The notes under the pieces were generated by a model that did no database searches, had not been told where the DNA came from, and saw only the letters and a list, made by a program, of their open reading frames with translations. From Cladosporium halotolerans (taxonomy: Eukaryota), in NCBI RefSeq assembly GCF_011745625.1, contig NW_027191467.1, positions 372,001 to 436,000 on the forward strand: a DNA stretch of 64,000 nucleotides. Direction: 5' to 3'. The translations under genes were made by a program, and so were the position numbers. Below, piece by piece: positions 37,039 through 50,200 of the stretch (positions are counted from its first letter, which is position 1; the number at the start of each line of letters is the position of its first letter).

Positions 37039-37869
37039 GTGGAACGGGGAATGGGATATTAGAGCTAGTAAAGGGCTGTTTCATTCCTCTCGTCATGTAA
37101 GAGCCGCGTTGCCACAATAGCTTCCATAGTCAATCCTAGTGCTTCTCTTTGGCGTTGAATTTCGGCAACGGTCATGGCGGCGATCACCCTCTCACGGGCG
37201 ATGAGACCATGTGATCAGATAGCTGCAGCCACGTTCGCCGTTTTCGAGCTGCTATCAGCAGCCACATTGCTGTAAACCGATGTGGCCGCGTTGAAGTTGC
37301 AAACAGTGACGACTTTCATCACCACGACGTTCTCGGTGGCACCGCGAGAGTGGCTTCGTCTGCGGTGGGTGGCATCACCGTAGCCGGGTGGACGTATGGA
37401 AATGGCGCCTCACGTTGTGTGAGGAGCGGGTGGAGAGGGTTGTTCGACCGATGAAATGCCATCAATGGCAACGGCTCGGGAGATGGCTGCGACTTGTGTG
37501 CCGAGGAGAGATCGCTTCTGCTGGCCATCTCGAAGTTGTGGCGGTTAATCGAGATTGGCGGAGACGGTAGTATCGGAGTGTGTTGCTAGTAAGGCAGAGA
37601 TGGCGATGAGAGATCGTTGTGGCTTAGTACGATCCGTGCTGTAGAAGCAGACTTCCGTGGCAATGCTTGATATTGTCGATCCAACGATCGTGGTGTTGGA
37701 AGTACACACGCTGCTGGGGGAGTCGGTTGTGGCAGACGCGGAAGGTACGACCTGTGAGCACATGACAGAGCACGGCACATCCCGCGGACCTGCAGGAAGC
37801 GCACGTGCGAGGCATGTGAAAGCGTTCATCCCAGAGTGAGGCGTGAAAGATAGCAGCGATAGAATGGAT

Positions 37870-38497
37870 CTACAACAAATCGAAGTCGTCCATTGCATCA
37901 CGGTACTTCATGATGTTCTTCTTGATCTTGGAAGAATCCACCCAAGTCACGAAATCCTCCATGTTCCTGCGAAGACATGTTAGTAGATTGCTCCTCAGAA
38001 CCAGGATAATCTCAACTGAACAGTTCTTACCTAGTGACCAAGAAAGCCGGGTCAGTCACAACCTCCGTACCCACACGCACATGGCCTTGCTCGATGAACT
38101 TGTTCGCCGTACTAACGTGCTCCGACATCCGCAGCCTGGTCATGACAACACCCAATCTCCGCCTGCAGAAAGCCGAGACTGTGATCTTCCTCTCGACATC
38201 GCTGAGCTTGCCTTTGCCACCACCACCGATGCCAAGCAAGCCCATGTCGTTGAGTTTCTCGAGCAGCTGGTCCTCCTGCCTGCGACGAAAAGCCGACTCG
38301 GGCGGCAGAAGAGCGATACGATGCGCAAGATGGCGCAATTGGCCAGCGAGACGGTTGTATGAGGTGTAGTCGTTGGGGTTGGTGAGGGAGTAGCGGCGAA
38401 TAATCTCTGCGCCGCGGTGATTGGCGTCTTGCGCATAGTTGGCGAAATCGACCTTGCGCAAGAGCTTTTGCTCGTGATGTTTGAGTTGGCGGACCAT
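37870..38497 (-). CDS. IMP3: U3 snoRNP protein Imp3, 2 exons
   Basis: [62 protein letters not shown]. Confidence 0.96.
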
Positions 38498-38657
38498 TTT
38501 TGCTGATTTTCCCCAGTCGAGATCCTGGTACTGGCGATGTAGTGGCGTCGAGACGAGATTTCAATGTTTGGCGGAAGTGAAGAGCGGATTTGGCTGCAAG
38601 CTTTCGCGGCGCGGCGCGGGACGTGTCGCGCCCGCGTCGCCCAAAAGAGCGCCAGCC

Positions 38658-38712
38658 AAAATTTTTGGGAAGGCGTACGCGAGTCAGGCAGTCTACGGCA
38701 CGCTTTGACTCA
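38658..38712. promoter_or_regulatory. IMP3/HIS7 divergent promoter elements: RRPE-like AAAATTTTT and Gcn4/CpcA sites
   Basis: AAAATTTTT at 38658-38666, GAGTCA at 38681-38686, TGACTCA at 38706-38712. Confidence 0.6.
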
Positions 38713-38781
38713 ACCTCATCTATTTGGCAACCTATATATTGTAGTCATACCTTGTATTTTGCATTCAGCGTAATAGCAAAG

Positions 38782-40503
38782 ATGCCTACCGTTCACTTGC
38801 TTGATTACGCAGCGGGCAACATTCGATCACTCGTCAACGCCATTGAGAAACTTGGCTGGGAAGTAGAATGGGTCCGATCACCGGATGATGTAGCCAAGGC
38901 CGACGTACGAATGCACTCTTGTCCCAGACGGTGCATTGCTGATTGCTGACAGGCTGTTTGGATCATGTAGAAACTCATCTTGCCCGGCGTTGGCCACTTC
39001 GGCCACTGCCTCACACAATTCGCCAACGCAGGCTATGTCGAGCCTGTGCGGAAACACATCCAGTCCGGCAAACCCTTTATGGGCATCTGCGTTGGACTTC
39101 AGGCACTTTTCGAGACTTCTGCTGAGAACCCCAACGTGCCCGGTCTCGGCGTGATCAAGGGACGCCTGGAGCGATTCAATGATGCCGACAAGAGCGTGCC
39201 TCACATCGGCTGGAACTCCGCCAACACATCCTCCTCCGACGAGGCGAGCAAATCACAGAGCATCTACGGCCTCCGGCCAGAGAGCAAGTACTACTACGTC
39301 CACTCCTTCGCCGTCCCCTACCGCGCCGGCGAGCTCGAGAAAGACGGCTGGACGGTGGCGACCGCCAAATACGGCTCCGAAGAGTTCATCGGCGCCATCA
39401 CCAAAAACAACGTGCTCGCGACGCAATTCCACCCCGAGAAGTCCGGCGCCGCCGGCCAGCGCGTCCTCAAAGCCTTTCTCGAAGGCACCAAGACCTCGCC
39501 CCTCCCCGCGCCCTCCGCGACCGCAACCCAAGGCCTCACCCGCCGCATCATCGCCTGCCTCGACGTCCGCACCAACGACGCCGGCGACCTCGTCGTCACC
39601 AAAGGCGACCAGTACGACGTGCGCGAGAAGTCCGGCTCCGGCGGCAACGACGTCCGCAACCTCGGCAAGCCCGTCGCCAAAGCGCAGCAGTACTACGAGC
39701 AGGGCGCCGACGAAGTCACCTTCCTCAACATCACCTCCTTCCGCGACACCCCCCTGAAGGACCTGCCGATGCTCGAAGTCCTCCGCCAAGCGTCCGCGAC
39801 CGTCTTCGTGCCCCTGACCATCGGCGGCGGCATCCGCGACACCTTCGACCCGCAAACCAACCGCACCGTGCCCGCGCTCGAAGTCGCGACCCTCTACTTC
39901 CAATCCGGCGCGGACAAGGTCTCCATCGGCTCCGACGCCTGCTACGCCGCCGAAGAGTACCTGGCCGCCGGCAAGAAGCTCTCCGGCAAGACGGCGATCG
40001 AGAAGATCAGCGAAGCCTACGGCGCGCAGGCCGTCGTCGTCTCCGTCGACCCGAAGCGCGTGTACGTCGCTTCGCCCGCGGACACGCCGCACGCGACGGT
40101 CGAGACGGCGTTCCCGGGCCCGAACGGCGAGCGGCACTGCTGGTACGCGTGCACGGCGAAGGGCGGGCGCGAGACGCGCGACCTGGACGTCGTGCAGCTC
40201 GCGACGGCCGTCGAGGCCATGGGCGCGGGCGAGATCCTGCTGAACTGCATCGACCGCGACGGGACGAACTCGGGCTTTGATCTCGAGCTGATCCGCAGCG
40301 TGAAGGGCGCCGTGAGGATCCCGGTGATCGCGAGCTCGGGCGCGGGCAACGCGGCGCACTTTGCGGAGGTGTTTGAGAAGACGCCGGTGGATGCTGCGCT
40401 GGGCGCGGGGATGTTCCACCGCGGCGAGTGGACTGTCAGGCAGGTGAAGGAGGTGTTGGGGAAGGAGGGGTTGGTTGTTAGGCCGTTTGAGGAGGAGATT
40501 TGA
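38782..40503 (+). CDS. HIS7: Imidazole glycerol phosphate synthase (fused HisH/HisF), 2 exons
   Basis: [46 protein letters not shown]; intron 38905-38970. Confidence 0.97.
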
Positions 40504-40773
40504 GGAGGGGAAGGGGAGCGATTAGATGTGATGTGTGAGAAACGCATATACGGTTTGATGATACTATCATTCGTGTGGAGAAGGGATTGGGATAACACTG
40601 GTCGTGCGGAAGGAAATGGAATTCACCCGTCCTCGTACTCATAGCCGTGATCGTAACAAGTCGTGATCCTCTACCCGTCCCAGAAAAGAAAAAGGAAAAT
40701 CGTTGCTCGCTCCGCTGGAAGGCTCAGCATCGCTCATCAGAAAGGGAAAGAAGAAATAGCTCGTCGAAGTCCA

Positions 40774-43700
40774 CTACTCGGACTCTCTCCTCCTCCGGCT
40801 CCTACTCCCCCTTCTTCCCTCGCGTCCCCCGTCATCCATGAAATCCCCCGCGATCCCCTTGAAAAGCTTCCCGGCCGGCCCTCTACCAGCTAACATCTCC
40901 TGAATATGGTCCATTAGCTCGTTGCCCGTAGACTCCGGCTTTCGATTGCCCTCCTCATCGAAACGAGCAGGCAGCTCTACAGTGCCGTCCGAGCCGGAGT
41001 CCGAGGGCGGGCCGCGCTCGTACTTGTCATTGAACAGCTGGGACGGCGGGTCGCGCTGGCCGCGCCGGCGGCGGCGCGAGTGGCGGTCGTTGTCATCGTC
41101 GTTGTGTCGACGGCGTCGAGACGAAGCCACGGTGTCTTCGGAGTCGGAGTAGGAGCGGCGGTCGTCTGGGCTGGCGCGGTTGCGGCGGTCTTCGAACTCG
41201 ACGTTGGAGCCTAGGTCGAAGCGGACTCGGCTGTTGGAGCGGGCACGCGGAGGGGGTTCGGAATGGGATTCTACACCATCTAGACGCGAGAAAAGAGAAT
41301 GTCAGCAAAGTGTCCCGTCGGAAAGATAATTCAATGCTCAAGTCGGTTCAGATCAAAGCCTATGGCCCCGACGTACCCGCATCTCGACGCGTCTCGCGAT
41401 CCTCATCCACGCTGCTACTTTCACGGTCTTCGCGCGCAACCTTGGTTGCAGTACTAGGGTCATTGCCACTCACATTTCCGGGGTCCCTGCCACGGTGCCC
41501 GTCTCGGTCTCTGCTGTCTTCACGGCCACGCGCCGCCGGAGCATCGTTTGGCGCTGCGTAACGTGGATCGCCTGCGAATGTGTCGTTCGGGTACGGCGCG
41601 CCGAGAGTGGCGTCGCTATCGCCGTATGCACCGCGCGTCTGCTCGTAAGGCGTGTGCGAACTTTCAGGAGGGTAGTCCGCGGGGTTGTATGCCGGGTAGG
41701 GGTTGTAATTGCCTTCTTGTTGAGGATAAGGTTCGGCAGGGTGATTGTATCCCGGGTCGGTGGGCGGAGGAGGGAAGTAGTTGCCGCCTGGGTAGGCTGC
41801 TTGTGGCTGGTCATAGCCGACGGAGTCGTGAGGTGGCGCGTACTCATCAGGGGTATACGGTTCGCTGTAATCGTCGTCGTGGCCTGTGAAAGTCAGTAAT
41901 CTGTTCGCGTGCGCACTCGAGATACTTCTGGACTTACGTCGTTCCCGGCTCGCAGAACGGCCGCGCTCTTTGTGCTTGTTGTAAGCGTAACCGGCCGCGC
42001 CAGCTGCGCCAGCCGCCAGTCCCGCTCCGGCCAATTGCCTTCTTCTGCTCTTACTCCTGCTCCTGCTGCGACGTCTGGTGTCGGGGCTGCTGCCGCTAGA
42101 GCTTCCCCTGTGGCGTCTTCGATACATACCCGGCTCCTCGTCGCTGTAGTAACCGCGGCCGCCGCGGTCAGGATAGATAGGATCGCCGCCGTAAGCTATC
42201 ATAGGGTCTTCATCAACACCTCGTCTGCCATTGACAGGGTAAGGAGCAGGGACGGACCTACTCCGCGAACGACTGCGCGATGGGCGCCTACCTCTGCTGA
42301 GCTCGTCATCAATGATGGCTTGCTTCTTTGCCTCCTTGCCGGCCTTGGTCTTCTCGTACAACCCAGCGAGCGCGGCGCCGCCGAGGCCGGCGGCTGCGAT
42401 AGGTACACCTTGACGGATTCTGCTCTTGCTGCGCGAGCGCGATTTGCCGCCGCGGCTCTTGGAACGGACGCGTTCCCAGATACCAGCTGCCGCTGCGGAG
42501 GCAAGTCCAGCCTGTGCGATACGCCTGTTGCGGTGTTCCGGGTCTCTGTGCTTGCTCTCGCTCCTCCTGGTTCCGCCATCGCTGAAGTAGCCGGTGGTGG
42601 CGGTGTCGACACTTCCTCTGCGGCGCCTCGAACGGGAGCGGCGCGGGCGATCGTTGATGATTACAGTCTCGTTGTTTTTCCCGCGGTTCTTCAAAGCGTA
42701 GCCAGCAAGTGCACCGACAGCAGCGACAGCAGCAAGCCCTCCCAACTGCTTCGCGCGAGACTTCGAGCGGGATTTTGAATGGTGGTGATGTCTCCGCCTG
42801 CGCCTAGGTTCACGGGAGCCACTACGCGAACGAGACCGGGACCAGGAACGAGACCTACTGCCAGAGCCACGGCGCCAGCTCTTCGCGCGGCGGACAGCTT
42901 CAGCACCCAGGGCTCCGACGGCTGCACCACCAACAAGTGAGCGGCCGCGGCCACCTGGATCCCTGCCCTGGCTCTTCCTGTGGCTGCGCAGAATCTGAGC
43001 ACCAGCAATACCAGCAAGAGCACCGCCAGCCAGGTCGCGACGGCGGTGGCGGGAGGTTTCTCGGCTGTCTCCCTCCACTATGCGCTCGCGGCGAACGTAT
43101 TCATAGCTGTCGTCACTTCCATACTGGGAAGCGCTGTCCTTGGGTCGAATTTCGTCCTCGCGATGGCGGCCTCGGTCCACTTCGCGGATGCGGCGTTCGT
43201 AGAAGTAGTCTTCGTCCTGAGGCTTGACGGAAGGTGCTGGTGCCGGGGCCGGAACAGGAACAGGAACAGGTGCTGGCGGCTCCTCTCTGCGCACCAGCGA
43301 CTGTCGCTCGTCACGCACTTCTTCCTTCTCGACAAAGTCGTAGTTCGGTTCGTCACGTCGGATGATGATCTGCTGGGGCTCGCGGCGCTCTTCTCTTATG
43401 ATAATCGGGGCTTGCGGGGCTGACTCTCGAATGATAATGGGCTGCGGCGCCGGCGCCTGGTAATATTCAGTTTCCTTCCTATACCTTTCGATTTCAGGAC
43501 CTCGATCCTCGTGGTGATGATGATGGTGGTGGTGGGGTGGTGAAAACGACCGCTCGCGCTCGAATCTGAACTCGCGGATCCTGTCTTGGGTTGGTGGGGA
43601 GGGTGCACGAACGGTCTCTCTGTCTCTTTCGGAAAAGTAGAAGTTGCTGCGGCTGCCGTGGTTGTGGTCGCGCTCGAGCACGCGGTAGGGGATTTCGCGC

Positions 43701-43990
43701 CTGGGCGCCTCCCGCTCCGTCACGCGCTCGGTTACGTGCCAGTCATCGTCGCGGCGGTCGCGCTCGGTGACGCGGAAATCGATCTCGGTGCGGGGCTTGG
43801 GCGGAGGGTCGTCGCGGCGCTCGCGCTTGACGATTATCTTGTCGTAGTCGACCTTGTCCTCCTCGCCCCAGTTGCGGTCGGGGACTTGGTAGCGCTTGAC
43901 GGTGGTGTAGGAGCGTCGGTCGGGGTCTCGTTCGGTCTCGCGGCTCCGGTCGCGCTCACGGTAAATGACGCGCTCGCCTCGAACAGACAT
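40774..43990 (-). CDS. Arg/Ser-rich DUF3824-like fungal protein, 3 exons
   Basis: RS-repeat blocks alternating with GAAAAG-type hydrophobic stretches; YFPPPP motif; final exon DGTVELPARFDEEG; introns 41884-41937 and 41280-41376. Confidence 0.75.
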
Positions 43991-45533
43991 GGCGGCGGCG
44001 GCGTCTCAAGCTCAAAGCGACAGGAACAGGATGTGACAGCCCGGCGCTTGGAGCAAGTGGAGCTGTCGAGGGCGTCGACGGTCGTAGGGCAACGAGGCTG
44101 GCGGTGTGATGTCGCGAGGTGTGTCGCGCAGCAGGCTGAGACGACGGTGCGTTAGTGGGCGATGTGGTTGCCTCGCGTTGGTGCGGCGGTGGCCGGGCAG
44201 TTGGCGGGGTCCGTCGGTCGCGCGATGAAGTCGTAGTGGGCTGGCGGCTGCTGAGAAGTGGGTCGATGTTGTTCGCTCGCGGTCATCAGTCGCAGTCAGG
44301 CCGCAGCGCTGATCGACACAGGGTGTGGTGCTCCCTGAATGTTTCGTCGCGGATGAGGTGCGGTGGAAGGAGGGTACGGGAGGCGCGAGCCGGGAGGTAG
44401 AATAGAGGCTGGAGGCTGACTGGCGGGTTGCGGGTGCAACTGGACTGGCGTGACTGGTGAACCGGTGACGACAGCTGCCCCAGGCCGCTGGTGGGATGTG
44501 GCTGGCGGCGGGCGGAGAGTGGAGAGGGATGACGGGCCAAGCCTGTGACGAGCGGCAGGACCGTGCTGAACTCTGCTGCGGTAGGGCAGGGAGGGCAGAG
44601 TGAGGTCGAAGTGAGAGGATGATGAATATTGTATAGGTAGGTGAGTCGATGTCGATACTGTGGTAAACACCTCTCTCGTCCACCCATCATGCGGACGCTG
44701 CTCGAGGCCACGAGGCGCGAAAGGGCCAGACCGAGTCATCATCAGGCGGCAAGGCAAGCACACCTGCGAACTGCTTCCTGCGCTGCAAGTCTGCCTTGCT
44801 GCTCACCCCCTGCCTGAGGCCTCCACGCAGCCTACGTACCCTCGAAGACACCTCCCATTCTTCCACCTCCTCACTGCAGTCAGCATGCAGTGCCACTACA
44901 ACGATAAATTGCACAAAACCCAGGAGCCCTGAAAGCCACTGCTCCGCTTGTCGCACAGTCATCAACTCTCCGAAGCGCAGGAACAGACATGCCTGCATGC
45001 GAGCGCTTCCCACGCGGCGGCACGGTTCTTGACCTCACTTCATGCCTTGCTGTTGGAGGCAAGTTGATAGATAATTCCCTGAAAGTCACTGATATGAAGA
45101 CATGTGAACGAGATTGTGTGAAGAATCAAATGCGCTTTCGTATTTTCGTGTCACTCATGCCGCGCTATACACACCTCCCGCCCTCCGACTTGTATGTATA
45201 CGCTTAATCAACAGAACGAAGATCCACCCACCCCCTTCCATTACATCCAAGCTCTTTTTCGGCCATCCATCTGGCCGCATGCTTCTTTTCTTCTACACCC
45301 CCATTAGATGCCATGCGATCAAACACTGAAAAGATCCTCAAAGCAAAGTCAAAAATGCCACGCACATTCTTCGCTGCCGCCATCCACGACGAAATGCAAG
45401 CAAAGCAGGGCGAGAAGAGCGCTTCCTCCCGCCCCGTCCCCTGCGTCTGTGGTGCGCAAGGAAGGTCGAACCCGTAAAAAGCCGAAACAAACCCAACCGG
45501 ACCCAAACCCAGACTCACTCTTTCCGTGCCGTC

Positions 45534-47255
45534 TCAAGTGATCAAGAAATCCCAACCCCTCCCCGCGATAATCCCCTCCAAATCCCACGTCTCCTCCTCC
45601 CGCCCCTCGTCCATCATCCCCCACACCTGCTCCACAATCTCCCTCGCGTACCCAATGTTTCCCAGCCCGCTCCACGCCTGCAGCCGCTCGAACGCAGCGC
45701 TGATCTCGGGCCTCTGGTCGCGCTCGAACGCCGCGCAGCCCAGCAGGAACAGCGGCATGAGCAGGATGCTCTGCGTCGAGCCGTCCTCCGAGTCCGGCAG
45801 CAGGCGCAGGTACGCGAGGCCCTCGTCGACCGCCTGCCGGAAGGCCGGCGACGGCCGCGACAGCTGGATGCTGCGGTGCAGGTAGATCCAGGCGCACTGG
45901 CGGTAGAGCAGGGAGGCGGCGTAGCGCGGCGAGTCCGGCGGGTGCGGGCAGGCCCAGGCGCGCAGCGCGGCGTCGATGGCGAAGGCGTCGTTCATGATCG
46001 CTTCGTCCCAGCGGGCTGCGAGGGAGAGGGCGCGGCGGGCGCGGATTTTGTCGCGGAGCGCGCGGATGCGGGAGATGAAGCCGAAGAGGCCGTCGAGGAC
46101 GCCGAGGAGGGAGGAGGCGGTGGGGTCTTGGGGGCTAGGGGTGGGGTTGGCGGTGGTGTTGAGGAGGTGTTCGGGGAGGTGGAAGTCGGCCATGAGGTCG
46201 ATGGAGCGTTGGTCGAGAGGGTAGTTGGAGGCGGTGATGCTGGCGCTGTAGTCGTGGTAGAGGAGGAATTCGAGGATGAATTGCCTGAGTTGCTCGTTGG
46301 GAAAGCGGCGTTGGCGTTGTGTGAGCATTGTTTTGAGCGCGTTGAGGTGCACTCTGTAGAGGCCTGTGCGGTCTCCGGAGCAGACGGTTTCGAGGCAGAG
46401 GATGAGGGTCTGCGCGATGGATGGGTCGCTGACGATGGCGCTTTGGTTTGGGCTGTGGTTGTGGGCTTCCTGCAAGTCTTGAGACAGGAGACCCATCGCC
46501 TTGCCGCTGTGGTGGACTTGACGTTGCTCCCACTCCCAATTCGAAGTGGGTGCCTTCGCCACGAGGCAACTCCCCGATAATGACAGAAGGCTGTGCATGA
46601 GTCCAGGATGTGACATCGACATGGGGACGATGTGCTCTAAGAATGGATTTTGATAGTCGTTCACTGACAACACCTTGCTGACGTTGCAAGTGAAATGCTG
46701 GAAGAAAAGCTGATCGACCGCACCGTCGACACCGGGTACCAGAAGTGGGAGGTCCGAAGGGATGTGGTTGGCTCGCACAGTGAGTGCCTTCTCTTTGCCA
46801 CCTCGCCATTGCTGCTTGGGCTCGTAGCCTTCGCAGACGACATTGTTCTTTTCACAAGCCAGACAGGTGGGCTTTCTCTCGTCACAGCGCTTCTTCCGCC
46901 GCCGACACGTCGCGCAACCGGTCTTTGACCTTGTATGTGCCGTCTTTCGTGGCTCAGTGATCGGATGCTTCCTAGGACGTCCTCGTTTGCGCGCTGGAGG
47001 CAGCACGGCGCTGTTTCTAGTAATCGGCTTCGCCTCCTCTATGCTAGACAACTCGCTGAGCCCTTCGTTGTCGTCCAATTCCTCTATCTTAGGCCCAATC
47101 GTGTGTTCCGAGCAGTCGTCACTTTCCGGCGTGATCACCGAATCCGCATGCTCCGGGCTGGAGCTCGACCCGGCCGACGACCACTGTGAACTTGAGATGT
47201 AGTTGGCCGACCGATGGTCCGTGAAGTCGCTTTCCGTGGGCGAGGAAGGGTCCAT
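45534..47255 (-). CDS. Zn(II)2Cys6 transcription factor with AT-hook and Fungal_trans_2-type domain (OefC/Acr-2-like)
   Basis: RKRGRPRKH, then RSKTGCATCRRRKKRCDERKPTCLACEKNNVVCEGY; C-terminal LMPLFLLGC; ORF is open to 47417, so the start is uncertain. Confidence 0.9.
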   Translation of the reverse strand: MDPSSPTESDFTDHRSANYISSSQWSSAGSSSSPEHADSVITPESDDCSEHTIGPKIEELDDNEGLSELSSIEEAKPITRNSAVLPPARKRGRPRKHPITEPRKTAHTRSKTGCATCRRRKKRCDERKPTCLACEKNNVVCEGYEPKQQWRGGKEKALTVRANHIPSDLPLLVPGVDGAVDQLFFQHFTCNVSKVLSVNDYQNPFLEHIVPMSMSHPGLMHSLLSLSGSCLVAKAPTSNWEWEQRQVHHSGKAMGLLSQDLQEAHNHSPNQSAIVSDPSIAQTLILCLETVCSGDRTGLYRVHLNALKTMLTQRQRRFPNEQLRQFILEFLLYHDYSASITASNYPLDQRSIDLMADFHLPEHLLNTTANPTPSPQDPTASSLLGVLDGLFGFISRIRALRDKIRARRALSLAARWDEAIMNDAFAIDAALRAWACPHPPDSPRYAASLLYRQCAWIYLHRSIQLSRPSPAFRQAVDEGLAYLRLLPDSEDGSTQSILLMPLFLLGCAAFERDQRPEISAAFERLQAWSGLGNIGYAREIVEQVWGMMDEGREEETWDLEGIIAGRGWDFLIT

Positions 47256-50200
47256 GTCCAGCAGGGTTCGACAGGCAGGCATCGGGTGTCCGGTACGGGA
47301 GGCCGCGGTACGGGGAGTTTCCTCGTAAGCTTTGTGCTGTTCAACGCTCGCAGCGGCGCGGATCGTGCAACCCTGACCGGACGGCGACGACCATTGGAAA
47401 GCTGAGGACGCAGGCATATACTGTATCGAGGAACGGTGTCGGGCTGTCGCGACGGTCGGCTCATGCGCGCTCCAGCAGCAGAGGGTGACCGGGCTCGAGG
47501 ACGCAGGCAGCTGACGACAGCATCGAAAGGCTATCGCGCGCTACTAGTACGTCGAGCTCTGGACGATCAGGATGGAGTGAGCGGCGCGAGAACGGCGTCA
47601 CAGGGAAGGAAGGTTCAACGCGATCCTAGTGCGAAGGGAGCAGGATAGGGCACGGCGCCCTCTGCAGGGCCAGCGTCGCCCAGCGGCCGCATCGGAGTGG
47701 AGAACAGGCGCTGCGTGCCGCTCTTCAGCAGCCGGGCGTGGAGGCGAGCAGGAGGCCGCCGGGGCTGCGAGTTGATTGGGCCCTCTAGCCTCATGCGAGT
47801 GTCCTGGAGCTGCACAGGGGGGCGAGTCACGGGCGGGGAGGGCTTGGACGCTGCGAGGGCGCGAGAGGCAGCGCGGAGCAGGATTGGCCGGGCGAGCGTT
47901 GCAGGCGGGAGTCGCGCGCACCAGAAGAGCAAGCAGAGGCGTGCCCGAAGACCACCCGGCTGCGTGACCGTTTGGAGAGAGGCCCAACACGTACGCGACA
48001 TGCACACCATGCGCGCTGCGGACCACGACTACCTAGTGCTCTACCTTACCTTAGTCTACCTTGCCAGGCCCTCGACGACCGCGCGCGACGGACCCTGGGC
48101 GCCCACCCCTGCCCGCGCCCACCGGCAATTGCGCACTCCAGCGGCGGGGTGGCACCTCTAAGTGAGGTAAAGTATTGGTGGTGGCATCGCATCCCGCGAG
48201 CGACGACGCCTCGCACGCCCACACAGACGCGACGACCCCCACGCTACACGCCCTCGTCGCGCCCTGTGCGTCGGATCTCGGGCAGCGCTCGTCTATGCAG
48301 CCATTGCATGTTGCCATGTATACGCTCGCTCGTCTACCTGACGCTGCGTGGCTGGCTGGCAACTCGTCCCGCGCCACGGCCAGCACGCCTGCGCGCGCAG
48401 GTCCCGCAATCCACCCAATGAACCTGTCGCACTCGCGAAGCGGAGACAGCAGACCGCAAACCCACGGAGCTGCCGTGGTGGTGCCGTGAAGAACAGCAGT
48501 ATGCACTCGCCGACCCCACACCCTGCCACTCCCGACAGCTTGGAGGTGGGTATTCATGCACGCCATGGCCAGAATACGGAAGAGGCGGTGGCGTCCGAGG
48601 AGGGCACGATGTGAAAAGTCTAGAAGGCCAGACGACCTGCCCGACCCACCGCGATCGATATAGGCCCACGTCGCCGTCTGACTGAATCGCGTCCTCCGCA
48701 AGCCAGAGCCCGAACGGCGGCGCACGCCGGCACGTCTTGCATCAGCCGCCCCGTCACATGCCAGGCGGTGAATCATGCCCGTACAATAATAGTTGCGTGT
48801 TGTCGATGCGGGCGGGTGAGGTGTGGGTGGGTGGGCCGTGGGCACGATACACCGTCCATGCTGCAACTTATCGCAGCTCGTGCCTCTCGCCCAGAGCGGC
48901 GCGTCAGTCAATGGGTGGATCGGCGTACGACGGAGAGGAAGTTCGATGCAAGATCTAGCGGCGCCGGGATTATGTACGGACGATCAGTGCAGGATGCAGT
49001 GCCTCCTCGTCCGGCTTAAGGGCCTAAAGAGCCGTGACTTGGCCTAAATTGGGAAGAAGCGCGACGGTCGAGAGAGGAAGATTCCGTCTCTGTCAGCAGG
49101 GCGGAGCAGTTGCCTCATGATAGCAGCGGACTGTTCCTGTTTGAGGCCTTGCTCGAATCTCTCGATACCTCAAGAGCTGCTGACTATTCTTCCTGAGAGG
49201 TGGCCGCCCACGGCGAAGTGTGATGATCATGGGCTCGTGCATTATCTCTCATACGTCGTACAGGTACCCCAACGTCCTGATCGACCATCCATGTTCACAT
49301 CCTCCTCACAATATCGAAGAGGCAGCAAGAACCATGGATAAGTATCCAGCGCATCACCCCATATCTCTTCACCGCCTGATACATTGCAGATGATGAAACC
49401 ACAGCTCCAAACACCAAGAACGAGCCAAAAACCACAAACCACCAACAGGAGTATTAATAAGATCGACCCAATCAACCTCCCCAAGCCACAAAGCCCCCCC
49501 GGCGCGCATCACGAACCCTTCCAACCCCCGAAGTCTCTAACGTTAATCACACCCTCTCAGCGGATATCACCAGAATTTGCGGAGAAGAGCCAGAACGCGG
49601 GATAGCGCCATGCACGCAACCCGAAACGAACCCCCCTCGCTTGAACCAGCGCACGCGCGGCAGAACCGCCCGCCGCCTGGCCTTGCATTTCGCTTAGACG
49701 CATTGCCCGCTGCGCCCGCTGGCTGTGCGTGCAGCGCACTACGTTGCACTTCGTACTGTACATGTACCGTGGAGAGCAGCGCCAGAGGGGGACGTACATG
49801 AACATGCACCCTGCTGCCTGACGCACTCGATCGCCGCCGCCCTTCCCCGCCGCGAAGCTCCGGCGCCGATGGCAATTCCCACCCGCGGCCGCATGGCGAT
49901 GTGCGCGAGAGAGTGGTTTGGGGTCGGCGCTCGTGACCGGTGCCGAGGGGCGGTGTGAGACGCGGCTTGCCGAGGTGGGTGTCGGGGAGTTTATTCGAGG
50001 TGCTGACACTGCGTTCGTCACGGTCGGAACGTTCCACGCTTCGGATAGCGCTTTAAATCCGCGGGGTCTCCCTGATAGACAAGCGATCGGCGCGATGGCA
50101 GGCCTTGCCGGTGATCCTGAGGCTTGAAGGTCGTGAAGACGCGGACTGGCCTCCGGCTGCGAGGCCGAGTGCGACGATGATTTGCGAGTAGTGAAGGTGT

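Noticed and set aside
37140..37830. Short Cys-containing minus-strand ORFs downstream of IMP3
   Set aside because: No consistent spliced frame or family motif could be built; may be a remnant, but unsupported
43240..43270. GGAACA tandem repeat
   Set aside because: Simply encodes PVPVPVP within the DUF3824-like CDS
49242..49484. Hydrophobic 80-aa minus-strand ORF
   Set aside because: Non-ATG start; the hydrophobicity is explained by the CA-rich composition of the opposite strand
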